Shown: positions 8,402 to 16,974 of the stretch, piece after piece
Layout of the letters: every line of letters begins with the position of its first letter
How positions within the stretch are numbered: the first letter of the stretch is position 1
Position numbers and translations under genes: made by a program
DNA from: Candidatus Omnitrophota bacterium
GTDB taxonomy: Bacteria > Omnitrophota > Gorgyraeia > Gygaellales > Profunditerraquicolaceae
Length of the DNA stretch: 27,536 bases
Direction: 5' to 3'
NCBI GenBank assembly: GCA_043808405.1
Contig: JAZDEX010000049.1
Location: 1 to 27,536, forward strand
Notes under the pieces: generated by a model
The model's input: only the letters and a program-made list of their open reading frames with translations
Database searches by the model: none
What the model was told of the DNA's origin: nothing

Positions 8402-9350
8402 AAAACTTAAGATTATTTTTCTGATTATCATTGTAGCTGGGGTGGCGGGATTTATTTTTTATAAGATGGCAAGTCCGAAAACCGACGGAGAGATTACTAA
8501 AGAAATAGCCCCCTCTACAGGCACAATTGAAACTTTTATTTCCACGACCGGGTCTGTTTTGCCTAAGAACCGCCTGGAAATAAAACCTCCGGTGAATGGC
8601 CGGGTGGAAAAATTATTGGTAATAGAAGGCCAAAAGGTTAAAACCGGCGATATTTTAGCCTGGATGAGCTCAACGGAACGCGCCGCGCTTTTAGATGCCG
8701 CTCGGGGCCAGGGAGATGATAAGCTTAAATATTGGCAGGAAGTATATAAAGGGATTCCTTTAGTTGCGCCTATTGACGCGGAAGTAATTGTGGCTACGGT
8801 TCAGCCTGGGCAGACGGTGACTACGGCTAGCGCGGTGGTGGTTTTGTCGGATAAATTAATTGTGCGCGCCCAAGTTGATGAAACCGATATTGGAAAAATA
8901 AGTTTGGGCCAAAAAGCCTCGGTAGCGCTAGAGGCATATCAGGACCAGAAAATAAATGCTAGTGTTGACCACGTATATTATGAATCAAAGACGGTAAATA
9001 ATGTAACGATATATGAAGTAGACTTATTACCCCAGGAGACTCCGCCGTTTTTTCGTTCGGGGATGAATGCCACGATAGATTTTTTGGAAAAAAGCAAAGA
9101 TAATATTATGATTATTCCATCTGAGGCAGTGCATAAAGAAAAAGATGAGGCTTTTGTTTATTTGAGCGCCGGGGTTGATAAAGAGCCAATCAAGCGCCTA
9201 GTAAAGTTGGGTATTACTGACGATAAAAATTATGAGGTTATCTCGGGTTTGAGCTCAAGCGATAAGATAATCATTAAGACTAAGAAATTTGCCCTTCCTA
9301 AGAGCAGCACTGCTAACAGCCCGTTTACGCCTTTCGGTAAAAGAAGATGA
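8385..9350 (+). CDS. periplasmic adaptor subunit (HlyD/MacA-like membrane fusion protein)
   Basis: N-terminal TM anchor plus biotinyl-lipoyl-like and beta-barrel segments (VVLSDKLIVRAQVDETDIGKISLGQKASV). Overlaps both neighbours in operon fashion. Confidence 0.75.
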   Translation: MNMRNKKLKIIFLIIIVAGVAGFIFYKMASPKTDGEITKEIAPSTGTIETFISTTGSVLPKNRLEIKPPVNGRVEKLLVIEGQKVKTGDILAWMSSTERAALLDAARGQGDDKLKYWQEVYKGIPLVAPIDAEVIVATVQPGQTVTTASAVVVLSDKLIVRAQVDETDIGKISLGQKASVALEAYQDQKINASVDHVYYESKTVNNVTIYEVDLLPQETPPFFRSGMNATIDFLEKSKDNIMIIPSEAVHKEKDEAFVYLSAGVDKEPIKRLVKLGITDDKNYEVISGLSSSDKIIIKTKKFALPKSSTANSPFTPFGKRR

Positions 9351-11347
9351 TCGAAGTAAAGAATTTATATAAGACATATCAGATGGGAAAAATCGAGGTG
9401 CGCGCCCTCTGCGATGTGTCTTTGAAAATTTCATCGGGTGAATTTGTGGCAATTATGGGGCCTTCGGGCTCTGGTAAATCCACCCTGATGCATGTTCTTG
9501 GCCTTTTGGACCGCCCGGACAAAGGCGATTATTTTATTGGCGATAAAGAAATAAGCCGGCTCTCGGACCACGACATATCTTTAGTTCGAAATCATCTTGT
9601 TGGATTTGTGTTTCAGCAGTTTCATCTCTTGCCTCGAATGACAGCTTTAGGCAACGCGGAATTGCCTTTAATCTACGCTGGGAAGCGTCATTTAAAAGAA
9701 AAAGCCAAAGAAAAAATTGAAGAGGTGGGTTTGACTGAGCGGATGAATCACCGCCCGAATGAGCTTTCCGGAGGCCAGCAGCAGCGCGTGGCGATTGCCC
9801 GCTCTTTAGTAAATGACCCGTTGATTATTTTAGCGGATGAGCCTACAGGGAATCTTGATTCGAAAAGCAAAGAAGAAATTTTGTCTTTACTCAAAGAATT
9901 AAATCAAAAAGGCAAGACTATAATTGTGGTAACGCACGAAAATGAAGTAGCGGTTCATGCTAAGCGGATTATTCAGATGCGCGACGGCCGGATTATTTCG
10001 GATAAGGCGGCTGAGATTCTTCGCCCCGACGTTGCGTCGGGGCTTCAGAATGACAAAAGCGGCATTTCGCAACAGCCTAAGAATTTAGTCGATGATATTT
10101 TAAAACAGGTTGGCCAATTAGGCGGAGGGATTAAATTTCTAGATTACGCCCGCCAGGCGATTTTTGCCATGCTTGCCCATAAAATGCGCGCATTTTTATC
10201 GATACTCGGTATTTTAATCGGCGTTGCCGCGGTAATTGCTATGGTGGCTTTGGGTAAAGGCGCGCAAGAGGCGATCGAGAAGCAATTGGCTTCCTTGGGC
10301 TCAAATCTTTTAATGGTTACTCCGGGTTCTTCTAAAACTCATGGCGTATCCATGGAGACGGGTTCTTATACGCGTTTTACTTTTGCCGATATCGCCGCGC
10401 TCTCTAAGCTTACAGAGGAAATAAAGGATGTTTGTCCTACAGTAACCGGACGGGCGCAGGTTGTTTATCGTAACAATAACTGGAATACGCAGGTAGAAGG
10501 CGCAGGGACAGCATATCCAAGTATGCGCGCGGCTCTACCGGCAGAGGGTAGGTTTTTTACTGAGGAAGAAGTCCGGATGCGCAGTAAAGTCGCGCTAATC
10601 GGGACAACAGTAGCGCGTGAGCTTTTCGAAGATGCTAATCCTATAGGGGAAACAATAAAAATTAACCTGATTAATTTTAAGGTTATCGGTATTTTACCGG
10701 CAAAAGGGGCAAATGCTTTTCATGATCAGGATGACGCGATTGTCGCCCCTATTACCACGGTTATGTACCGGCTTTTAGGCAAACAATATATAGACCGTAT
10801 TTCCGTCGAGGCTAAATCTCCGGATTTAATTGATGCCGCGCAAGAGGCGATTACCGCTACGATTATTAAACAGCATCACATCGAACCTAAAGACGTCGAG
10901 GATTCTTTTTCCGTGCGCAATATGGCGGATATAAAAAATGCTTTGGAAACTAGCACTAAGACCATGAGCCTTTTATTGGGGGCAATCGCGGCAATTTCTC
11001 TTTTGGTCGGCGGCATCGGGATTATGAATATTATGTTGGTGTCGGTTACCGAGCGTACGCGTGAGATTGGCTTGCGTAAGGCTATTGGCGCCAGCAACAA
11101 AGATATCATGACCCAGTTTATTATTGAAGCGGTGCTTATGTCTTTTATCGGCGGCGTGTTGGGTGTCCTGGTTGGCTCGGGGATTTCTCTATTAATTACT
11201 TTTTTCACCGGCTGGACAGTGAAAATTTATTTATTCTCAGTAGTAGTATCGACTTTATTTTCGCTAGTGGTAGGTTTGGTTTTTGGCCTCTGGCCGGCGT
11301 ATCAGGCTTCACGGCTTAATCCGATAGAGGCATTAAGATATGAGTGA
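9347..11347 (+). CDS. macB: MacB-type ABC transporter, fused ATPase + FtsX permease
   Basis: Walker [10 protein letters not shown], signature [15 protein letters not shown], Walker [12 protein letters not shown]. These are followed by a periplasmic domain and 4 TM helices with an FtsX-like C-terminus. The 666-aa length matches the MacB architecture. Confidence 0.85.
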   Translation: MIEVKNLYKTYQMGKIEVRALCDVSLKISSGEFVAIMGPSGSGKSTLMHVLGLLDRPDKGDYFIGDKEISRLSDHDISLVRNHLVGFVFQQFHLLPRMTALGNAELPLIYAGKRHLKEKAKEKIEEVGLTERMNHRPNELSGGQQQRVAIARSLVNDPLIILADEPTGNLDSKSKEEILSLLKELNQKGKTIIVVTHENEVAVHAKRIIQMRDGRIISDKAAEILRPDVASGLQNDKSGISQQPKNLVDDILKQVGQLGGGIKFLDYARQAIFAMLAHKMRAFLSILGILIGVAAVIAMVALGKGAQEAIEKQLASLGSNLLMVTPGSSKTHGVSMETGSYTRFTFADIAALSKLTEEIKDVCPTVTGRAQVVYRNNNWNTQVEGAGTAYPSMRAALPAEGRFFTEEEVRMRSKVALIGTTVARELFEDANPIGETIKINLINFKVIGILPAKGANAFHDQDDAIVAPITTVMYRLLGKQYIDRISVEAKSPDLIDAAQEAITATIIKQHHIEPKDVEDSFSVRNMADIKNALETSTKTMSLLLGAIAAISLLVGGIGIMNIMLVSVTERTREIGLRKAIGASNKDIMTQFIIEAVLMSFIGGVLGVLVGSGISLLITFFTGWTVKIYLFSVVVSTLFSLVVGLVFGLWPAYQASRLNPIEALRYE

Positions 11348-12598
11348 TTTTAATTCTTTGATGATTTGAATTGTAAGGAATAAAACCCCGCCTTCGGTAA
11401 TTATGGTGGCAACTGCCGCCCCTGGATAATAAAAATATTCTATTAGAAGAAATATTATAGGTAAGCCAATTATTGCCGCGGCAATATGGATTTTGGCGTA
11501 AATATCCGGACGGCCCGCGACCAAAAGGAATTGTACTCGGAAGGTGTTAGAGACGACGAAAAATACCGAGATTAATAATAATCTTAGGCTTAAAGTTACT
11601 TCCGGGTAATTCTGGCCGCAGAATATTTTTACGGTAATTGGGGCAAGCAGAAAAATAATCGGGATAATAATAAGATAAATTAAAGTAATGGAGTTCTGCA
11701 GGCGGCGCATTATATTGAAGGCGCGTTTTTTGCTTTTGGAAAATATCCTGCTTAATCTGGGGTAAATTGCCTGCGAAAGCGAAGCCAGGGGAAACGTTTG
11801 GATGGCGCTTGCCATGCGCTCGGCGATAGAATAGTAGCCGGTCGTGACGTTGTTAGTTAAGAGCCCCACGGCAAAAATGCGGCTGGCAGTGTAAGCGTTA
11901 ATCGCGACGATAGAAATAAAAAAACTCCAGCCGGATTTTAACTCTTCGTGAATTATTTTTCTTTTTTGATCGATAAATTCAAGGCCGAATTTTTTGAAAG
12001 CGATATGGAATCCCGATATCCCGGTTAATATGGCAAAAAATGAAGTTAATAAAGGCACCAGCAAATAATTTTCCGGGCCCTTGACTAATAAAAATAACGA
12101 AATAGTGTAGGCGGCGCCGCTGGCTAAGTTAATCGCGGCGATATATTTCATTTTTTCTTTGCCTTGGAAAAACCAGAGTGGAAAAAGCGTATTTCCGGTG
12201 ACGGTGCCGAAACTTAAGAAATAAACCATCCAGTCACGGCTAAATTTAGGGACGGCGCTAATAATGATTAAGAAAAGGATGAAGCTGATCGCGGTGATCA
12301 TGAATTTTATAGTCATGACTGAGGAAAAAGTGGTTTGGGCCTTGTTGCGGTGTAGGCCGGCAAGGGCGATTTTTTTGGTTGCCGAGAGGCTGAAACCGTA
12401 ATCGGTTAAAATTACAAAATATTGGGTTAGCGCTTGGGCAAAGGCAATGAGCCCGAATTTTTCCGGGCCGATAACGCGGATAAGATAAGGTAATATTATT
12501 AAGGGGAGAAGATAATTTATAGTTTGTAGTGCCGATAGAGAAGAGAAGTTCTCTAAGATGGTTTTTTTCTCTTCGCGGGAGATAATTTTGCGCCTCAT
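11333..12598 (-). CDS. Wzx-like polysaccharide/oligosaccharide flippase (MOP superfamily)
   Basis: Roughly 12 TM helices and a typical N-terminus (...LSALQTINYLLPLIILPYLIRVIGPEKFGLIAF). The start was chosen at the internal Met (MRRKIIS...), roughly 33 codons downstream of the track's most upstream ATG at 12697. That upstream ATG would overlap the divergent response-regulator gene. Confidence 0.7.
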   Translation of the reverse strand: MRRKIISREEKKTILENFSSLSALQTINYLLPLIILPYLIRVIGPEKFGLIAFAQALTQYFVILTDYGFSLSATKKIALAGLHRNKAQTTFSSVMTIKFMITAISFILFLIIISAVPKFSRDWMVYFLSFGTVTGNTLFPLWFFQGKEKMKYIAAINLASGAAYTISLFLLVKGPENYLLVPLLTSFFAILTGISGFHIAFKKFGLEFIDQKRKIIHEELKSGWSFFISIVAINAYTASRIFAVGLLTNNVTTGYYSIAERMASAIQTFPLASLSQAIYPRLSRIFSKSKKRAFNIMRRLQNSITLIYLIIIPIIFLLAPITVKIFCGQNYPEVTLSLRLLLISVFFVVSNTFRVQFLLVAGRPDIYAKIHIAAAIIGLPIIFLLIEYFYYPGAAVATIITEGGVLFLTIQIIKELKSLIS

Positions 12599-12646
12599 TA
12601 ATATTAATTTACAACGATAATTTAAATAAGTCAACTTTAACTTTTT

Positions 12647-12655
12647 TTGGTATAA
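12647..12655 (+). promoter_or_regulatory. extended -10 element (TGGTATAAT) for the receiver-domain gene, within the divergent intergenic region
   Basis: A TGnTATAAT motif lies roughly 25 nt upstream of the AAAGGGGAGG SD and the ATG at 12681. Confidence 0.4.
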
Positions 12656-12680
12656 TAATAGAAAAGGGGAGGTAAAAGCG

Positions 12681-13046
12681 ATGAAAAAAATTCTCATAGT
12701 TGATGACGAGGAAGATTTACGCGTGGTGTTAACATTTAGGCTGGAGGCATCCGGTTTTCAGGTTGTTACAGCGCATAACGGGATGGAGGCTTTAAAGGCG
12801 GCAAAACAAGAATTGCCAGATTTAGTCCTTCTTGATGTAATGATGCCGTTTATCGATGGATATGAAGTCTGTGAAACTTTGAAAGCGGGTAAAGCAACCG
12901 AAAAGATACCGATTATTATACTTACCGCGAAGAAAACAGTGGGCGATATGGACCATGCTTTTCGTGTTGGCGCGGACGATTTTATGAGCAAGCCTTATGA
13001 TTCTGGAGAGTTAATAAGCAAGATAAAGAAATTTCTTCAGGAATAA
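12681..13046 (+). CDS. single-domain response regulator (CheY-like receiver)
   Basis: Acidic pocket VDDEED and phospho-acceptor LLDVMMP. Conserved T (ILTA) and K (SKP) are present, and the 121-aa protein has no output domain. Confidence 0.85.
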   Translation: MKKILIVDDEEDLRVVLTFRLEASGFQVVTAHNGMEALKAAKQELPDLVLLDVMMPFIDGYEVCETLKAGKATEKIPIIILTAKKTVGDMDHAFRVGADDFMSKPYDSGELISKIKKFLQE

Positions 13047-13057
13047 GATATAGGTTT

Positions 13058-13570
13058 ATGAAAAAAATTATTGCCGCGGCGATTTTTGTGTTAGCTATCT
13101 TGCAAGGTGTAAATTTTGCCGAAGGAGGCGCGAGTATGCGTATATCAAGCCCGGAGTTTGAGAATAATCAGGTTATGCCTAAAAGATTAAGTTGCCAGGG
13201 AGAAGATGTTAATCCGTTGTTAATTATCGATGGTGTTCCTAAAGAGGCTAAAGCTTTAGTTTTGATAGTTGATGATCCGGATGCGCCTGTGGGCACATGG
13301 GTGCATTGGGTGGTGTATGATATTCCGGTGATCGGGCGTATTGAAGAAAACAGCGTTCCCGGAAAACAGGGAGCAAATAGCGCAGGTAAAAAAGATTACC
13401 ATGGGCCTTGCCCGCCTTCTGGAACGCACCGCTATTTTTTTAAAATATATGCTTTGGATAAAATACTTAACTTAGATGAAGGATTAACTAAAGAACAATT
13501 AGAACAGGCAATAGAGGGCCACATTTTAGATAGGGCGCAGTTGGTTGGATTGTACAAGAAGTATAAATAA
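13058..13570 (+). CDS. YbhB/YbcL-family PEBP (Raf-kinase-inhibitor-like) protein, secreted
   Basis: Signal peptide, then the DDPDAP...WVHW...YHGPCPPSGTHRYFFKIYALD PEBP signature. Confidence 0.8.
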   Translation: MKKIIAAAIFVLAILQGVNFAEGGASMRISSPEFENNQVMPKRLSCQGEDVNPLLIIDGVPKEAKALVLIVDDPDAPVGTWVHWVVYDIPVIGRIEENSVPGKQGANSAGKKDYHGPCPPSGTHRYFFKIYALDKILNLDEGLTKEQLEQAIEGHILDRAQLVGLYKKYK

Positions 13571-13598
13571 AAACTATAGAAGCGTCCCCAGGTTTTTT
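13570..13598. repeat. half-copy of the hairpin repeat (aaaactatagaagcgtcccc-a-ggttttttt)
   Basis: A 20-nt identity to the right arm of the 22325-22378 hairpin, then a T-run. The left arm is absent. It lies between the PEBP gene and the SecY-like gene and may act as a terminator remnant. Confidence 0.45.
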
Positions 13599-13613
13599 TG
13601 AAGGAGGAAGATT

Positions 13614-15062
13614 ATGTTTGGAAAGCAGTTTTCTTTGATTTCTACTTTAAAGTATTCGTTGAAAGATGATCTTTTGTGGTTAGTTAAAGATTTAGAAATG
13701 AGGAAACGGTTAATAATTACTATAGGGATTTTGATATTTGTTCAAACTATTTCCTATATACCTTTGCCGGGGATTAATCTTTCTATTTTAGGCGATTCTA
13801 TTAATAGGGCAGCAAAGGAGAGATTTTCAATTCTTGCTTTAGGATTGGCGCCGTTTTTTACCGCATGTATCTTTTTGCAGTTAGGTTCGGCTTTTATACC
13901 TTATTTGCGGAAGCTATTGTTTGCAGGCGCGTCTGGAAGGGTTGTATTGGCGAAGTATACATATATTTTCACGATCGTTTTAAGCATAATCCAATCTTAT
14001 TTGATTGCTTTATGGTTAGAGAATCCGGCAAGGTTTGAGGGGCTGCGCTTAGTGGCAAACCCGGGTATGGGTTTTCGCTTAATGAGCGTAGCTACGATGA
14101 CCGCGGCGGTTATATTGTTGCTTTTTATCGCGGATATTATCAATAAGCGCGGGATAGGCAATGGAATTGCCCTTATTTTTATTGCGCATTTGGCAGGGGT
14201 ATTTTTAAAAGCTATTTATACGATGTTTGTTTTGATTAAAGATAGGCAGATGGCTCCTTTTATACCGTTCTTAGTAACTACTATTTTTATTATATTAGTT
14301 AGCTTAGCTTATTATTTAACTAATAGGGTTAAGGTAGTGGAAGCCAAAGATAGTAGCGGTAATAAAGTATATATACCTTTAAGGGCAAGCATGGTTGGGA
14401 TTGAGCCTATTAGTTTGGGTCAATCGTTGGCTATTCTTCCTTTAACCTTGGCAACATTTATTAATTCGCCTTGGTTACGAAACTTAGCTATTAATATCCA
14501 GCGAAATTTTCTTTTTGGAAACTTTATTGTTTTAGTTTTAACTTTGGCATTGATTTATGTTTATGCCAAAATAATTTTCAGCCCAAAATATATAAATAGC
14601 CTTATGTCTAAATACGGTTATGGCCACAGCGATATGGCTGGGCCGCAAAATAATTATTTAAATAATACAATGCTACGAACATTAATATTAACTGGTGGCA
14701 TCTTTACATTCATTAATCTGCTTTCTCTGCTAGGTTATTATTTTAAGATGCCATTTTTGGTGGCAGTCTTATTTGGTAGCGGGGTATTATTAATGGTAGG
14801 TATTTTTTCGGATATTATAAGCCAAGTAGAATTTTTTAGAAGTAAATCCGCATCCGGTATTAAGGATTGGGCTATTTGTTGTGTTGCTTTTGATGAAATT
14901 GAAGCCCAAATAAAAAGTGAATATTTAAAGAATAATAAAATTATTGCTTTGGTTGAGCCATTAAGATTTAGCTGGGGGATGCCGGTTAGGACAATAGTGG
15001 ATCAATATCGAATATATGTTCCGTTTGATAAAAAAGACGAAGCAGCGAATCTAATTAAATAA
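13614..15062 (+). CDS. SecY-family protein-conducting channel homologue with a roughly 55-75 aa C-terminal extension, in a non-canonical context
   Basis: Block-wise similarity to E. coli SecY:
- MRKRLIITIGILIFVQTISYIPLPGI aligns with [26 protein letters not shown]
- SILALGLAPFFTACIFLQL aligns with [20 protein letters not shown]
- DIINKRGIGNGIALIFIAHLAG aligns with [23 protein letters not shown]
- MSKYGYGHSDMAGP aligns with LKKSGAFVPGIRPG
It is not flanked by rplO/adk/map. Confidence 0.7.
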   Translation: MFGKQFSLISTLKYSLKDDLLWLVKDLEMRKRLIITIGILIFVQTISYIPLPGINLSILGDSINRAAKERFSILALGLAPFFTACIFLQLGSAFIPYLRKLLFAGASGRVVLAKYTYIFTIVLSIIQSYLIALWLENPARFEGLRLVANPGMGFRLMSVATMTAAVILLLFIADIINKRGIGNGIALIFIAHLAGVFLKAIYTMFVLIKDRQMAPFIPFLVTTIFIILVSLAYYLTNRVKVVEAKDSSGNKVYIPLRASMVGIEPISLGQSLAILPLTLATFINSPWLRNLAINIQRNFLFGNFIVLVLTLALIYVYAKIIFSPKYINSLMSKYGYGHSDMAGPQNNYLNNTMLRTLILTGGIFTFINLLSLLGYYFKMPFLVAVLFGSGVLLMVGIFSDIISQVEFFRSKSASGIKDWAICCVAFDEIEAQIKSEYLKNNKIIALVEPLRFSWGMPVRTIVDQYRIYVPFDKKDEAANLIK

Positions 15063-15078
15063 GTGTTACGGAGAATAT

Positions 15079-16140
15079 ATGAAAAGTGATGTATATTTTG
15101 TGCAGTTAGATTCGCTGAGCCCGGAGAAGAGGCTTCAGGCGCTGAAGAAAATATTGGCTAAGGTCAATCCGTTTAGTGTTTATCAAAAAGAAGAAATTGT
15201 GCCGGTGAAATTGACCATTGGGGATTCGCCTTGTGTTTATAATGTGGCTCCAGAGTTAGTGAAATGGGTGGTTGGGGAAATTAAGCGCAAAGGTGCCAAG
15301 CCGTTTTTGTTTGATACTTCGGTAATTTATCGGGGCCAGCGCCAGAATGCGGTTGACCACTTAAATTTAGCGCAATCTAAAGGCTTTGGGCATTCTAGGG
15401 TTGGGGCGCCGTTTGTGATTGCCGATGGAGTATTTGGCAAAGATGGTACAGAGCTTGAAATTAATTCTACTTGGATTAAAAGAATAAAGACTCCCTCGTT
15501 TGTGGGGATGTTGGATAGTTTGGTTGTGCTTTCGCACCTAACCGGGCATATTGTTTCGGGGTATGCCGGAGCAATTAAGAATGTGGCCATGGGGATGAGC
15601 TGCCGCTCGACAAAACAAGTGCAGCATTCTAGCCTTAAACCCTCTGTAGTTACTAAAAATTGTACTGCTTGCGGTTGTTGCATTGCGATTTGTCCGGTAA
15701 AAGCGATTTCGTTTGAAGAGAAAAAGGCTTTTATTGACCAGAAAGTTTGTTTGGGTTGCGGTGAGTGTATTTGCGCTTGTAAATTCGACGCCATAAACAT
15801 AAATTGGCATGAGGATGCGCAGATCTTTTCTCAACGCATGGTGGATGTGGCCGGCGGTATACTATCTAAGTTTAAAAATAAATTATTTATTAATTTCGCT
15901 TTTGATATTACCAAAGAATGTGATTGTATTTCGAATAAAGATGAAAAGATGGTTGCTCAAAATTTAGGGATATTGATTTCATCCGATCCTTTGAGTATTG
16001 ATAAGGCGTCGAGTGATTTAGCGTTGTTGCATAAAAAAACTAACTTTTTTAAAGATGTTTCCGGAGTTTATGAAGAGATGTATGAGTATGCCGCGCAAAG
16101 AGGTTTAGGCAATATAGAGTATAATTTGATTAAGGTGTAA
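15079..16140 (+). CDS. DUF362-family protein with an embedded 2x[4Fe-4S] ferredoxin domain
   Basis: Two CxxCxxCxxxCP-type motifs (CTACGCCIAICP and CLGCGECICAC) within a DUF362-like scaffold. SD GGAGAA. Confidence 0.65.
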   Translation: MKSDVYFVQLDSLSPEKRLQALKKILAKVNPFSVYQKEEIVPVKLTIGDSPCVYNVAPELVKWVVGEIKRKGAKPFLFDTSVIYRGQRQNAVDHLNLAQSKGFGHSRVGAPFVIADGVFGKDGTELEINSTWIKRIKTPSFVGMLDSLVVLSHLTGHIVSGYAGAIKNVAMGMSCRSTKQVQHSSLKPSVVTKNCTACGCCIAICPVKAISFEEKKAFIDQKVCLGCGECICACKFDAININWHEDAQIFSQRMVDVAGGILSKFKNKLFINFAFDITKECDCISNKDEKMVAQNLGILISSDPLSIDKASSDLALLHKKTNFFKDVSGVYEEMYEYAAQRGLGNIEYNLIKV

Positions 16141-16146
16141 AAACTT

Positions 16147-16196
16147 GGGATCGTTTCTATTTTTCTCAGGAAAAATAGAAACGATCTCTGGATTTT
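16147..16196 (+). terminator. hairpin-family palindrome acting as a terminator after the DUF362 gene
   Basis: Perfect 16-bp stem gatcgtttctattttt / aaaaatagaaacgatc with loop ctcagg, followed by ggattttc. Confidence 0.55.
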
Positions 16197-16200
16197 CATT

Positions 16201-16974
16201 ATGACAAAATTTGAAGCTTTGTTTGGGATTAAGGCGCACGAGGTAAAGAGAAATTGTATTTTAATGCCTATGCTGCCTAAGGGGATCATTAATGATTTTA
16301 AAATAAGTAAATTAAACCGGGGGAGGATCTACGGGGCTGGAAATTCAGAAAATTTAACTTTGATTCATACGTTGATTGGCCCGGCATTCACCGGAGATGC
16401 GGTGTTGTGGCTTAAAGAAACTAAGTGTGAGAATATTATTCTTTTTGGCTCTTGCGGCGGGGTGCGGGAAACTAAAGATTTAACTATCGGCAGCTTAGTG
16501 GTGCCGGTTAAGTGCTATGCTAATGAGAGTTTTACGGAGTTTCTTGGAAGGGGATTATCCTTAAAGATTGCTTCGTCGCCTGCGGCTCCTCGCAATGACA
16601 CTGCAAAGAGGCTTGGCAGGGCTCGCAATGACACGGCTAGTTTGCGGGAAAATTTGGTTGGTGGATTAGTGAAAATAACTGGAGCGAGAAAAGTTATTTG
16701 CGCGTCTATACCGTCGCTAAAACTTGAAGAAAGTATGACTGGCTTATTCATTAAAAATAAAATAGATGTGGTGGATATGGAATGTTCTGCTTGTTTTTCC
16801 GCGGCAAAATATACGGGTTTAAGGGCCGCGGCTTTGTTTTATGTGAGCGATGTGATTAATAAATATTCTTTTTATCGCGAATTGGATGTGGATAAGAAAG
16901 AAAGATTAGCCTCTGCCATTAAAACCGCAGCAACCCTCTTATGCAAACTTACCAAAACGAATTTCAGCGCCTAA
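16201..16974 (+). CDS. PNP/UDP-phosphorylase / MTA-SAH nucleosidase superfamily protein with a low-complexity insert derived from a dispersed repeat
   Basis: LFGSCGG matches RVGSCGA/NTGSAGG, VDMECSA matches VEMEAAG/VEMEATA, and FYVSDV matches TVSDH/AISDV. The segment KIASSPAAPRNDTAKRLGRARNDTASLREN is encoded by repeat copy B. Confidence 0.65.
   Translation: MTKFEALFGIKAHEVKRNCILMPMLPKGIINDFKISKLNRGRIYGAGNSENLTLIHTLIGPAFTGDAVLWLKETKCENIILFGSCGGVRETKDLTIGSLVVPVKCYANESFTEFLGRGLSLKIASSPAAPRNDTAKRLGRARNDTASLRENLVGGLVKITGARKVICASIPSLKLEESMTGLFIKNKIDVVDMECSACFSAAKYTGLRAAALFYVSDVINKYSFYRELDVDKKERLASAIKTAATLLCKLTKTNFSA
16563..16634. repeat. short dispersed repeat, copy B (inside the CDS, in frame), with a duplicated tail ctcgcaatgacac
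   Basis: aaagattgcttcgtcg and ctcctcgcaatgacac are shared with 5506-5554. A second tail copy (gctcgcaatgacac) lies at 16621-16634. Confidence 0.5.

Noticed and set aside
12599-12697. Most-upstream ATG for the Wzx-like gene (33 extra N-terminal codons, MRIFFIAFTSPFLLLYQKKLKLTYLNYRCKLIL)
   Set aside because: It would overlap the divergent receiver gene start. The downstream Met (MRRKIISREEKK...) gives a typical Wzx N-terminus and leaves room for the divergent promoter. This is uncertain: my manual frame check around 12598-12661 did not reconcile with the ORF track, so the alternative start is given at moderate confidence.
15327-15834. Two overlapping - strand ORFs (157 and 98 aa) inside the DUF362 gene
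   Set aside because: Shadow ORFs antisense to a CDS with clear ferredoxin Cys motifs. No SD.
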